64,000 nt of DNA, from assembly GCA_903813345.2 (NCBI GenBank), contig CAIIXF020000001.1:38316001-38380000 (forward strand), given 5' to 3'. Source of the stretch: Owenia fusiformis (taxonomy: Eukaryota). The position numbers and the translations under genes were made by a program. The notes beneath the pieces are model-generated. The model made no database searches and had not been told where the DNA came from. It saw only the letters and a program-made list of their open reading frames with translations. How positions within the stretch are numbered: position 1 is the stretch's first letter; each line of letters opens with the position of its first letter. This document shows positions 52,101-64,000 of the stretch, one piece after another.

Positions 52101-55100
52101 GGTGTTAACTTTTAGTCTTAGTCGCCTTGCTGATATAGCAGTATCAATGAAATGGTGACTAAGTTTCTTTCAACCTGTCTTAATTGCCAGCTTTAGTTGA
52201 GCAATTTTTGAAATTCGGTGCCTTTATACCATCTCCTGGATACCTTAACCCATAACCTATACTCACTGGGGTTTACATCAGTACTACTAAGTCGTTAGTC
52301 ATCAGGCCGTATCAGTTCAGGTACATTATGCAAATTCTGTTAATTTCTCATGGCACACCACATGTTTAAGTTAGACGATGGTGACATATTCTATTCAAGT
52401 AAAAGTGTACAATTCATAATGGCTAGATTGCATCTTCAAGTCTCATTTGGTATGCAAATTATGATTTTGGATCAAAAGTCAAAAAGGTTATAGCATTTTA
52501 GAAAAAAGTGGCGTTTTTTGGCCCACCCTGTACAATAAGAGCTTTTTGGTTTGCTTGTTTAACTATTTCCATTCCATTTAATACTTATCTTGATTTTGAC
52601 ATTTTTAATTCTTTTGAGACCGAAGGACAATTCAAAAGTCACACATTTTCATTATTTCCGATTTTAAATCATTTCTTCATCTTTCAGATTGTAGTTCGAC
52701 AGTTAGGTAGGATAATTAACATTTTGAGACTTCACCAAATGTTTTTGTATTTTAGATGACATATATGAATAATTGATATTAGAAAAACATCTTTCAGAAA
52801 CACGGTGTCAGAATAATTGTTGGAAACTTCTATGAGGATAAAGCCAGAATTATTTTCTGTGAAGCATACAAAGAGAAAATGTATGGCAGCAAATACGTAT
52901 GGATTATCACAGGTGGGGTCTACATTTATTTCAATTTATACTAGGTCTGTTTATTTCAATTGCAGCGGAGTGCAAATGAAATACTTGTTAAATCCCTTCT
53001 GACGTTCGAAACAGGTACTGAACTATTTTAAAACCTGGAAGTATTTAGCTTCATAACAAATTGTTCAGTAGATATCTAAGCACAAGTACCAAAGGGGAAA
53101 GAATAAGGAACATTGCAACGATACAAACACAACCATTCATAGGGAAATAAACCACCAATATCCCAATTGTATGGTATTTCTTATTTATGAACTATCGCAT
53201 GATACATCACATCAAAGAATTGGTACATATCTGATCCTAAATCCGACAAAACATATCATAAAATAAATTTCACAGGAATGACCATATACATGTTATTTGA
53301 TTCCTGTCATAGCTGTAAAATTTAGACAAAACTCAAATGTGATTTACATAGTATAAATCCACTTGCAAGTGAGCTTGTTGCTATAGGGAGTGCTTTTAAA
53401 CAACCTTTCTGGGTAAATAATTGTTTATCATCGCTTGGGGTGGAAAAGCTGTAAAGTACACCTCGAAACCAATTACTTATTTCAGTTTATCTCCAGAATG
53501 GGACTCTAAAATATGTATCATTGGTCATTTTTCATTTAGAAAATAGCCCTTTACGATCTATATCACGATTCGCTAGAATTGTTCCACAATCCTATTCAAA
53601 ATGTCATTAAATGCGTTAATCAATTTTACAATTAATTCATCAATTCTCTAAAAGGAAGTCATATGTACGTGAGGGGAAAACATTAGCCAGAACAAACAAA
53701 CCATAGTGAGTCAAAAAATAAGTTACCGTCTCTCTCAAGTATTTAAGCTGAATTATTACGATATGCAGTTTTTCATCATCCAGTAATATTCCTTCAGCAT
53801 CGTCAATTTGGTCTTTACACTTCTTCAGGAAGCGAAGCTTCTTGAACGCTTCTATGCGTTTTAATTTTTCCCAGGTCCTAACTGCAATGCTTGGTCTAAA
53901 CTAATAATATTTGATAAATAATATTATTTTTCCCAAACACGCTCTATACCTTTGATTTGATCCTGAATGTGTACTCTAACTCAACTATGTTACTGGCCAT
54001 GGGATTTGGTACTCATTTGGACTAAATATTATTACAAGTGTATTGACCTGCGTTTTATAGCTGAGTATAATTTATTTCAAGCTGGCATTTGGAAAGAATG
54101 AACACAATTGTGACATAAACAAATAGTTAATAGATAAAGCGGCATCGTTAAAATGTCGCTGATGTAATCTGTGATTTATGCAAATTGCATGTTTTGTTCA
54201 GATCCACAATTGGCCACACAGGCTATTCCACGAAAGAACTGTCCAATCGTGATGAGAGGATATGTTTCAAAATACTACACATACTGCTACTCTCTAAAAA
54301 TCCAATCAAAACTTGTGGAATAGCTTAAGAAGGGGTTACTAGTTTTAAGTTTTTTAAGTTTAAAATAGTTTATTTTTGTGTCACTGATATTACAATATAC
54401 ATATAAAATACATAATAAAAACAACATTTTGTAACATCACCAGCCGGTGCCGACTTATGAGACACAGTATACATTATATCTGAGTGTCACCCATTACTAC
54501 CCCCAATGGGCAGCTTGGGTCAACATTCTTACAATGCAGTTATTGCAGATTGAGTTGAATAATCAGAACACATGGTCTCCTTATAAGCCTGATTATGTCA
54601 AAATGACAGTATTAAATCACAATATATTTGTTGCTGAGTTTGCCGAAGAGCATACTCATTACGTATATTATTCCCCCAGGTTTCTACAGTAGGGAATGGT
54701 GGAAGGGTAACGCCGATGATGATCCACATGACTGTACAACTGACCAGCTAGAAGAAGCAATCAATGGCTACTTCACTGGTGACGCTATGCCGAAAAGTCC
54801 CGAGAACACACGAGGAATCTCAGGAAAGGTGAGTGAAGATTCCGAGATAGAGTCAGCAAAACAAAAAGTTTTGCACAATTCAAAACAAAGCATCGGAGTT
54901 GTGTAATTTAGGATGTGCACTATTATTGCTTATCAATATATACGCGTTACAACAAAACGATTATTTTCGACGAGTTAACAATTTACGAACAAAAAGGCTT
55001 TAGAGCAAATTCCTTAATTGAAAAAGGTCACATTTCAAATTGGATAAAGACTATGATGTAAGTCTCACTCTGGCATACATATTGGAGTCCAAAATGGTCC

Positions 55101-58100
55101 CAATACATATAGGCACGAGGGGCCAACGAGTTCAATTTAGTTTTGCTTTTGGCCTTTTTGTCTTTTGAGCTCCCACAATGTCCCATGGGACATAAATCAA
55201 CAGAGATCGAACCGTTCCCCATTAGTAAACATTGGACTTGAGTTCCTCTTAATCTTAATTAATTTAAAAGAAGTAAATATACCATGCTTTATCTGCTCCG
55301 ATTAGTTTCCATACTACTTGATACTAAGTAATGAGAGTATGGCATTCCCAATGACCTAATTATTCATCATAATGTCAAATCCAGCGTATTTATTTTCTTA
55401 ATTTAGAACAAGACATTATATCTATTGATATGATAAATCTTTGAACTACATTGGAGTTTAATTGAGTTGTCATTTCAGACTTACGAGGAGTTCATTGCTG
55501 AGTATAACAACTTCACTGCGAATGCCTCTTTGACTGGTCACCAAGAAGCTCCATACGGTTACGACAGCGTTTGGACTGTGGCATACATGTTGAATAGAAG
55601 TCTTGAATTCATGACAAAAAGTAGTAAGATTAATCAGATCGCATTAACTCAAGTCACACTACTCTCACACAGGAATCATTTGTTATGAACAAACATAAAA
55701 TGAGTACAATTCTTAAAACAACTATAATCAGTTCATCTCCTATCATGACCAATGATACGATTAATCTGGGTGCAATTAGTCCTGTCGTCATGTCAATCTT
55801 AAAATGTGTGGGGTATTAAAACAGTAATGTAAGCGGGAATCATATGATGCGAGACTCGACATTCATCATACCTATGTCCGATCATAAGTTTGTATAGTTG
55901 GGTTTCAAATATTAATTGTATGACTTATACGAGACCAATGTTAATGCAACAAGAGGGAATCAAACCTACTTATACATGTTTTTATCTGTTTTGAAAAATT
56001 CAATATGAGATGTATATTTCTTAGTTTTTTTTAAGAAATCTACAAATATTCCGTTGCGGTTTTATCTTTACATCGTCATTTCAATCAATGTCATCATTTT
56101 TCTCAGTTACCTTGAAATATCAAGACGGGTGTCCTTCAGCATTTATTAAGCAGTAAAAAATTAATTTGCATCATGGGTGACGAAACGTTTCTACTTTCCT
56201 GGTGAATGTCGAGTCTCACGACATACGAATGTAAATTTAGACGATCTGTCTGCATGGCTGTATAAGATGCCCAGGCGCTGTTTTTGTTACATAAATAGTC
56301 TTATGTTTCATAAAACTAATTTTAGCTCCCCAATTTGTCTGTAAACTGTAGACTTGAAAACCATGGTCAAATTCACTATTAAGTTCGTAATGTCAGGTCT
56401 GATAGTAAATGGTATTACATTAGCTTGTTATCGAATTAAGGAGTATATTAGAGTCGATTAATGTCGTATTATTTTGCAATTAGAAACATTTTTTTGCAGA
56501 ATGGGGAAAACGCTTAGAAGACTTTGAATACAGAGACAAACGCATGGGAGATGTATTTTTTCGCATGATGGCGAACACATTCTTCGAGGGAGTATCGGTA
56601 AATTAAATGTGTATCGTAACGATCAGTGAAATTGTGAAAAGCATGCCTTCAGTAAATTGTGATACTGATGTCGAGTAAATAATTATGATTCGATATATAT
56701 AGCTAAGTCATATGGCTAAAACACATATAACATTTGAAATGTCACATATCTCTAGTACAATTTTAGTTCAGGTTGAACCAAAAAGGTAAGCCAAACAAAT
56801 ATTAATAAATCAATAAACCATCCGGTTTTATAGTCAGTCTACATATATGCTCAAAATGCCTGCCTCGTCTCTGGAGGCAAATATATAAGAAGAATATTTA
56901 AGAAACTAAACAAACTAATCATTTAAAAAATGGTTTGAAGGCCTATAATTAATTGTTTTATTCACGCCTAACCATCGACAAGGTACAGTCACGTGACCGT
57001 GACAAAATATGCCGTAGTACACTTTTGATGTACAATGTCACTATTAACTGATTTTAAGCAAAGACTATGATGTAGGTTTGATGCAGGTTTTCAAAAATAA
57101 ATTTGAGGAATAAAAAAGGATTTCCTGTTTGATTTCGCGTGTATTCGATTTAAAAGACATTTATTTTTCTAATTACGTTAAAAGATCTTCGAGCAGTGCT
57201 CGATTTTTTTCGTTGTACGTCTACCCATACAATTGTTCGGTTGGGAAATGTTGTTTTTTACACATTTCCTTTGATAATTTTCTCCCCTGACGTCTCGGAG
57301 TGTCGAATATTTTAATGAGAATGTGTTTCTCTAAACTGCACAATTTAAGTCGGGTTAAGATTTAATAAATATTCATGCATTTGGTATAATTTAAAAAATC
57401 AGAAATGTACGTTGTCAACTCACAGTGTATGTTGTCCCTGTAACTGAAATTCATGAGTTATAATATTAAACATTGCAATGATTTAATTTCAAAATGCATT
57501 AAGGGTTTATGCGTAACAAGTGATGTTCAACGAACATGCTCCTGTATCCCTAGTACAGATAAACAGGTAAACGTGATTTTTTCGTTGAATGCTATTTTAT
57601 TTTATGAAAGTGTTAATATGGTGATTAATATGTGACCATGGCGTGATATCTTCCGACCTTTTTGACCACTCGGCGTCGGTACGTTACGTTATGTTTAGTT
57701 GCACTTTTATGAATTTTAATAATCTCAAGGAGTTCACGGAGAGATCTATACTAGCAAGATGACTTTCAAAATTTATGCTATAGGGTCTCCCGAAAGTATG
57801 GGCCCCCTAGGCAGACATATACCAATGTCTCCATAGTATGTGTCATATATCATTTTAAAGTTCATCCAAAGTTATATTATTTGCCGAGTATCATGGTTCA
57901 ACTCACAAATGGAAAAAGTTACAGAAATACAAAAGTTAGTGTTTGGCCAAAATTAAAGTCAGTTTTACACCAAACAATAGTCGGTGTGTCTCCTTAGCCG
58001 CCATGTTCTTTCCACATCAAAAGTGTACTACGGTATATTTTGTCAATGTCACGTGACTGTACCTTGTCGATGGTCAGGCGTGTTATTACCTAATTTTTTT

Positions 58101-61100
58101 TAACATATTATTTATTTCCTTCATAATCAAAAAATACACAATTTATTACCTAATAAGTATTAACATACTCTCTTTACAAGGGGCCAGTGCTATTTGACAG
58201 TAATGGAGACAGAAGAGGCCTCACTCAGATCGAGCAGCTGCAAAATGGTTTAGAAACAACAGTCGCTATATATAATCCGAGACAACAAGGAAAACAGACG
58301 ATCAGATGGTATAACAAAATCAACTGGATAGGTGAAAAAACACTTGTTGCAAATAATATTTATATAAATGATCGTAGATTATTAAGTTGAAGCAACATAC
58401 ACGCACATAAGTCTGTCAGCCCTTTTCCTAATTCAGAAACAATTGCAAAATTTGTTCCTGCTTCTCCATCACATCTATTTTAAAATACATATCGATCAAA
58501 ACTGATTATCACCATAATATGTGGACGGGTTTTAGCCACACCCTGTAGATAGTGCGTTATAGTCATTTATGTTTGAATGTTAATATTATTAATTAATTCA
58601 CGAAACGAAAGTAAAATCTAAAGGTATTTGTTTCATAAGAAAGGGAAAACTATCAAAAATTAGGATATAAAAACACGACCGAAGTTTACCCGTTAATATG
58701 ATCAAATTAGTGCTTTCATGAACACGGGACAGTTTCGACATTTTAATAACATCATATCATTATTCTTATTAGGCGATACTCCTCCCTCTGACTCTATGAA
58801 ACAAAAGATGGTGCCACGAGTAATCTCATTTGCTTTGCTGCTGTGTATGTCTGCCTGTGCCTGTCTTGGAATCATTCTCACAATTGGCTTCATCATATTT
58901 AATGTCAAATATAGGGACCACAGGTACACATCCCGTTTCTATAAAATAACTACTGACCTCTATAGGTTAACCGTCGAGTTTATGTCCAGATAATGAAAAA
59001 CGAGGCCGCTCAAATAGTTATTTAATAGAAAATGTCCTCGGATATTACAAACCAGAAAGTTGTTAATTGGAGGGAGCATTTGTGTTAATGTTATTAATGT
59101 GAATTAGTATAAAGTGTTGATATCATTTGCAAGTCTGGTAGTATATGCCTTATATGCAATCAGGTCCAATAAATAACCCTAGTTTAGCAGAGTGGAACCT
59201 TTTCTTCCGGTGTCCTACGTTACCTGACGTATATTATTACATTTTTCCACGCGCATCGAAATTTAGGTTCTGGTGGTTGGCGTCCGACGTATGTAACAAC
59301 TTCTAAAAAGTTCCTATAACTTAACAAATACTGTTTCGACTGACATTTTGTCAAAATCATCTACACGTTCTCAGAAGTTCAAATCTGACCTTAGATTTCA
59401 GGTTTGAACTTCAATGACCTTCTTAAGGTAAAAAAGGTCAAAATGGTATTTTTCATCTTGTTTCAAATTGACCATTTTTTCAAAATCATCTACAAGATCT
59501 CAGAAGTTCAAATCTGACTTTAGATTTGAGATTTGACATTCAACGACCCTCTCAATGTCAAAAAGATATTTCTCGACTTGATTCAAATTAATCATTTTTT
59601 AAAATCATCTACAAGTTCTCAGAATTTCAAATGCGATTTCATATTTGAGATTTGCCCTGCATTGACCTTATCAAGGTCAAAAAGGTCAAAAAGGTATTTT
59701 TTCAATTGCTTCAACTTGGTTCAAATTGACCAATTTTTTCAAAATCATCTACAAGATCTCAGAAGTTCAAATCTGATTTTTAGATTGAAGACTTGACCTT
59801 CACTGACCTTCTCAAGGTAAAAGGTCAAAAAGGACTTTTTTCAACTTGCTTGAAATTGTCCACTTTTTCAAAACCAATCTACAAGTTTTCAGAAGTTCAA
59901 ATCTGACAAAATTGAACTAATAATATTGTGAGCAACGAGGTGGTGACATTTTGAAATGTTAATGCCTTGTCTTTCTTGACTTTGTCCTTTGCAGGTTCAT
60001 CAAAATGAGTAGTCCAAATCTCAACAACGTAATATTGGCGGGCGCTTTACTAGCGTTTGGATCAATCATATTCGGTGGTATAGATATTGGATTAGTTGAA
60101 GAACATGATGTCCTTCTCATGTGTAAAGTAAGTTTGCTTTGCATTTTACATTCAGACGGCTTACAGTCTATGAGACACTATCAATATTATATAACAGACA
60201 ATGGCACTACACATAGCAATACGGAGAGAAGTAATGTGTGTGTCGTTAATTTCAACTCACAAGGATGGGGCAACCTTCAATATAATTTTATTATAAAAAC
60301 GAAATTGTATACTTTTCGAGCGTGATACAGGACATTACTTGTCAAAACATGAGTAAGACAAGATAAAAAACACGTTACTATAATTACAAATCCTAACCTC
60401 GTAAAACCCAAAGGATCAGGAAGTAAAATCAACATATCTGTAATGAAACATTTATAACTGATTGTACAGTAATTGTATACGATACAAATAATATAAGTTA
60501 ATTAAACTAATTTTGTTTAGATCCATATTTGGCTTCTGGCTCTCGGATTTTCTCTTGCATTTGGAGCAATGTTCAGCAAGACATGGCGGGTCCATAAAAT
60601 CTTTACAAACAAAAAGATGCATAGGACGGCAAGTGTAACTTTTTATTATTAAAATCATCATAATGCCAAGATGAGTGCAAAATATGCACAAATTTCCTTT
60701 AATGTTCAGAACAAGAGGTCATCACCTAAAAAACTCAGTAATAATTGTTGTTTTTTATTCCATAAACACTGGCTTAGAAGCAACTAGAAACTCGCATACT
60801 TATTATATGTCCTTGTATTGTAGTGGGTATGTATTATGTCATGATCAAAATCTCTGTAAAGAATAATATTTCAATAATTCTGGCGCGATATTATACAATA
60901 TTTTTAGAGTATTCCTTCTAACTAAAAATGTCGTCTATCTTCATGGTTAAATGCCATTTACACAACCCTCAGATCGGAAAGAACATATTTTAGTTTTGAA
61001 TATGTATAAGGTGCCATCAATGTAATAATTTAGAACAAAACCACGTTTACTTTCTAGATATTTCAATTTACGTTTCTGTATTCCTAATTGCAAAACGTGT

Positions 61101-63794
61101 ACGTATTTTAGGTAATACGTGACTCTCAGCTATACATCATAGTGGGAGTACTAATATTCATTGATACAGTTGTATTATGCGTATGGGAAGTTGTGCAACC
61201 ACTACAACTGGTAAAGACGAGCTATATTCTGGACAAATGGGTAATTTGATTATGCATCAACCTCTATTTTAACAAAATATTGGTAGTCTTGCTTAAAGAC
61301 TGTTTACACCCCCCCCCTCATGTACTTCATCTTTGTTGTGTTGGGAAGGTGAGATACATAAGGGTTATGTACTGGGAGGTTTTGGATATAGGGTTTATCC
61401 AGAGGGAGATATGCATATTTACCTGAGGGACCGTAGAGACCGAAGGTAGATGTGCATATCTCACGAGGGATGAACCCAATATCCAAACCGACCGTACATA
61501 ACTGCTTTATCCTATACCAAGTAGAGTTTTCAGGGGCATATGGCCATTTCAATAGTACAAGGTGTAAAAATAAACAAATCATTCATATGCAAAGTCATTT
61601 TATTGCATTACCGGAAGCGGGAAGATATGCACCGGAAGCGAGAAGATATGCACCGAAGTGGTCTTTAGGCAAGACTAAATATCGGCTCATATTTTGATTT
61701 CAGTAGGGTATAGTTGAAATAAACAATTGTGTATGGCATAAGGAAAGATTTGGCATTAAGTTTTGCTAAAAGGAAAATTTCAATTGCAGTTGGATCCAGA
61801 TGACGATAATCAGATGCTGATACCTCAGACGTTGTTCTGTGAGTCAGAACACATGTGGTATTTCTCAGGGGTGCTTTGTGCTGTTAAAGGTACACAACCT
61901 TTTAATTGGTGTGCAGAGGGGCACCTCGAGTATATAAAAGTCGAGTTGAGCTGCAACAAAGCAATATTTCATCCAGTTACTTTTATTTTCATACACGTTG
62001 TAACTAATATTCCATGGTTTCTACATGAAAAGCATTTATCGTTTCCACTTTGTGTTACCTTACGCGAAACTCCCCATGAAAAGGACAAGGCAAGGTAGTT
62101 TCGAAAGTTAAACCTAGTTTTAGACGCAGATTGGATAATCATATTTGAATAAAAAGAACATCCAATTATTTATGGTGCATGTAAATAGTGATACATCCAC
62201 ATGTAAATGCGATGGTAGCGTCAATTGAAATTTTCCAATGGATAAAAAATATTTATATTTTCAGGCATTTTGTTAATGTTCGGTGCATTTCTAGCTTACG
62301 AGACGAGGAAAGTTAGAGTCCCAGCATTAAATGATTCTAAATTTATCGGTAAGCATTTTCTGACGACCACTGCTGAGATTTGCACATGTAAAAATATTTA
62401 GTCCAAATGGGAATTAATTGTTACTTAATTAGTTTCTGAGCGAATAACTTCTTTTTACTTTGTAACACATAATATTTGAAGGTATCGGCGAGTATAACGG
62501 ATTTTTACTACATAGTGCGATATCATTTTAGGAATTAGGACATATAGTTTTTATATTGTGTATCATTATGAGATTTCAATTTATAAGCGTGTATATAACG
62601 TCTGTTCTTTTCAGGTTTAAGCATAACGTCGTTGTACCGTGCATAGATATTATTTTCAGGTATAACGCCGTTGTTCTGTATAATACTATTTTATTTTCAG
62701 GTATAAGCGTGTATAACGTCGTTGTGCTATGTATGATAGGCGTACCTATAGTTCTCATTATGAAAGACAAGGTGGATGTTACATACGCTCTAATATCCAC
62801 GTTTACGTTCTTCGCCACTGCAACCACACTCTGTCTTGTCTTCATACCAAAGGTACACTCATCTTAATTTTTACCATCCTGTTTCCTCATTGGACTTCGT
62901 GAAAATGCGTGTACATGTATATTTAATAATCGTGGTTTATTTTATTTTATATCTGCAAAAAAACATTTTCAAAACTTCAGAGTTTTGCTAATTATTTCGA
63001 TATCCACATTTGGTCCGAAATTGATGACGAATAACCTTTGATGTCATAGCTTGGAGTTGCAACTGTGTTTTAGATATTAAACAGAAATCATGAAATGCAC
63101 ACTGGTACAATACTGACCAAGGCTATACAGAAGCATCATATAAAGCGCACAACAATGCGATCCCTCATGAAAGGTGCCCTTGATGACGCCGATAGGAAGC
63201 AAATGATCAAAATGAAAGAAGAACTTAGCAACCATAAAAAACAAATACAAGTGGTAAGTCCAAAGTGTTACAATGTGCTATATACTTCAAAAGTACTCCA
63301 ACGACTCCACACATACATGAAAAAAGTAACGTTCAAAATGGCGTGCATTGTAGCTTTAGACTAAAAATACGAATGTCCATATTAGGAAACCCGCCAAGCG
63401 GAAATAAGATTGATGCCAAAATCCCTAGCTATAGGGGTTCATTGCAAATCAAGTCGATTTTATTTCCATAACACTTTATTTTTAGCAACAAAGAAGGATC
63501 AGAGATCTCGAAAAAGAGAAAGGACTAGATAATAATTCGCTCCATCCAAATCATGTAGCACATATAAGTAGCAAATCAAACAGGGTATCCGAATGCCAAC
63601 AGAGACTTCTTGACAGCCACGTCACAGTTAATGATGCATGTTCCAATGAGAAACAATCGACGCATAGTGCAGCGTCTGATATACCGGAAGTACCTCACGT
63701 AAATACATGTACAGGCATTACACACTTGTCTGTCAATACACCAGATGATGACATTGAGTATAAATCAAATGAAAATTCCATTAATGTGAGGTGA
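34145..63794 (+). CDS. GABA-B-type metabotropic receptor (class C GPCR: signal peptide, Venus-flytrap domain, 7TM, C-terminal coiled coil), closer to subunit 1, 18 exons, ~875 aa
   Basis: Exons 34145-34357, 38706-38843, 43584-43754, 50910-51011, 52798-52912, 54680-54828, 55479-55623, 56500-56597, 58181-58331, 58773-58923, 59995-60127, 60521-60628, 61112-61240, 61790-61889, 62265-62348, 62701-62852, 63074-63253 and 63486-63794. Phases are consistent and the total is 2628 nt. Motifs: [119 protein letters not shown]. Confidence 0.93.
39170..39283. repeat. Hairpin MITE (~114 bp)
   Basis: TACACTCCCCTCCATAAGTTTGGCAA...TTGCCAAACTTATGGAGGGGAGTGTA. Confidence 0.8.
39493..41024. mobile_element. Related 8-bp-TSD element with AACTCAACCCC subterminal repeats
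   Basis: GGTGACAGGTCATCTCAACCCCAAG...CTTGGGGTTGAGATGACCAGGAAGC; TSD CTTTAGGA. Confidence 0.8.
41484..41888. repeat. ~400-bp palindrome with a GC-rich central hairpin (41641-41731)
   Basis: ttgaatttttgacccaccggatgtttgaaaatcaagg... is mirrored at 41825-41862; the inner agagtccct...agggactct forms a hairpin. Confidence 0.75.
43990..49751 (-). mobile_element. Decayed Academ-like DNA transposon with very long inverted arms made of ~360-bp tandem units
   Basis: TACTCGGGGTGGAA...TTCCACCCCGAGTA with 3-bp TSD ACA; arms at ~43990-45340 and ~48040-49751. Minus-strand relics are [11 protein letters not shown]...IQSDDT (XPG/FEN-like, 47389-47601) and a frameshifted Cys-rich GCFATCPC...KCTSL (~47125-47180). 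Confidence 0.65.
46019..47021. mobile_element. Second copy of the 27589-28474 family, nested in a larger element
   Basis: Same termini and collinear interior; TSD ATTTTAAA. Confidence 0.85.
51143..51475. mobile_element. CACTA/EnSpm-like MITE
   Basis: CACTCTTAAAAA...TTTTTAAGAGTG with 2-bp TSD AC and internal AATTACTT repeats. Confidence 0.75.
51915..52530. mobile_element. Tc1/mariner-type deleted element
   Basis: TA|CAGGGTGGGCCAAAAAACGCCAC...GTGGCGTTTTTTGGCCCACCCTG|TA. Confidence 0.85.
56963..58082. mobile_element. Transib-like non-autonomous element in a GPCR intron
   Basis: CACGCCTAACCATCGACAAGGTACAGTCACGTGAC is inverted at the right end (~60-bp TIR); 5-bp TSD TTATT. Confidence 0.8.
59340..59905. 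repeat. Satellite-like array (~120-140-bp unit, ~4.5 copies), probably the core of a Helentron-type non-autonomous element
   Basis: caaaatcatctacaag(a/t)tctcagaagttcaaatctga recurs at ~59352, 59481, 59600, 59740 and 59870. Confidence 0.7.
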
Positions 63795-64000
63795 AAACTT
63801 CCCATTGTACCATCACCAATCTTTTTGTCTATGTCTATTTGAAGTAAGCAATAAATTATAATTCTGATACGTATCACTTGTTCTTAATTGCAACGGAGCA
63901 ATCCGGTTGAATTAAAAAAGTTGAAGTGTAGTCAATTTCGAATGATGAAATATATATTTTGTTAGATGTTTGCATTCTTCAATTCGTATTTGCTTCTGAA

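Noticed and set aside
55851..56217. TIR element GAGACTCGACATTCA...TGAATGTCGAGTCTC
   Set aside because: The inverted repeat is real, but there is no TSD or second copy in the window, so it was left unclassified.

Overview
AT-rich eukaryotic (invertebrate-animal-like) genomic DNA with spliceosomal genes and many small non-autonomous transposons. Three genes could be reconstructed by hand. (1) The 5' coding exon of a cyclic-nucleotide-binding-domain protein (minus strand, 2.1-2.7 kb). (2) An intact 8-coding-exon gene of about 635 aa (22239-29697, +) for a HypX/HoxX-family protein. HypX is the bacterial N10-formyl-THF/CoA-dependent CO-generating [NiFe]-hydrogenase maturation enzyme; this copy has an added N-terminal exon resembling a mitochondrial presequence. 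(3) A complete 18-exon GABA-B-type class C GPCR of about 875 aa (34145-63794, +). The intron-containing, apparently mitochondrion-targeted HypX homolog in an animal-like genome is the most notable feature. The rest is MITEs, foldbacks and nested DNA transposons, many with readable target-site duplications (TSDs). Exon boundaries were derived manually from GT/AG signals and frame continuity. Family assignments rest on recalled motifs, not database searches.
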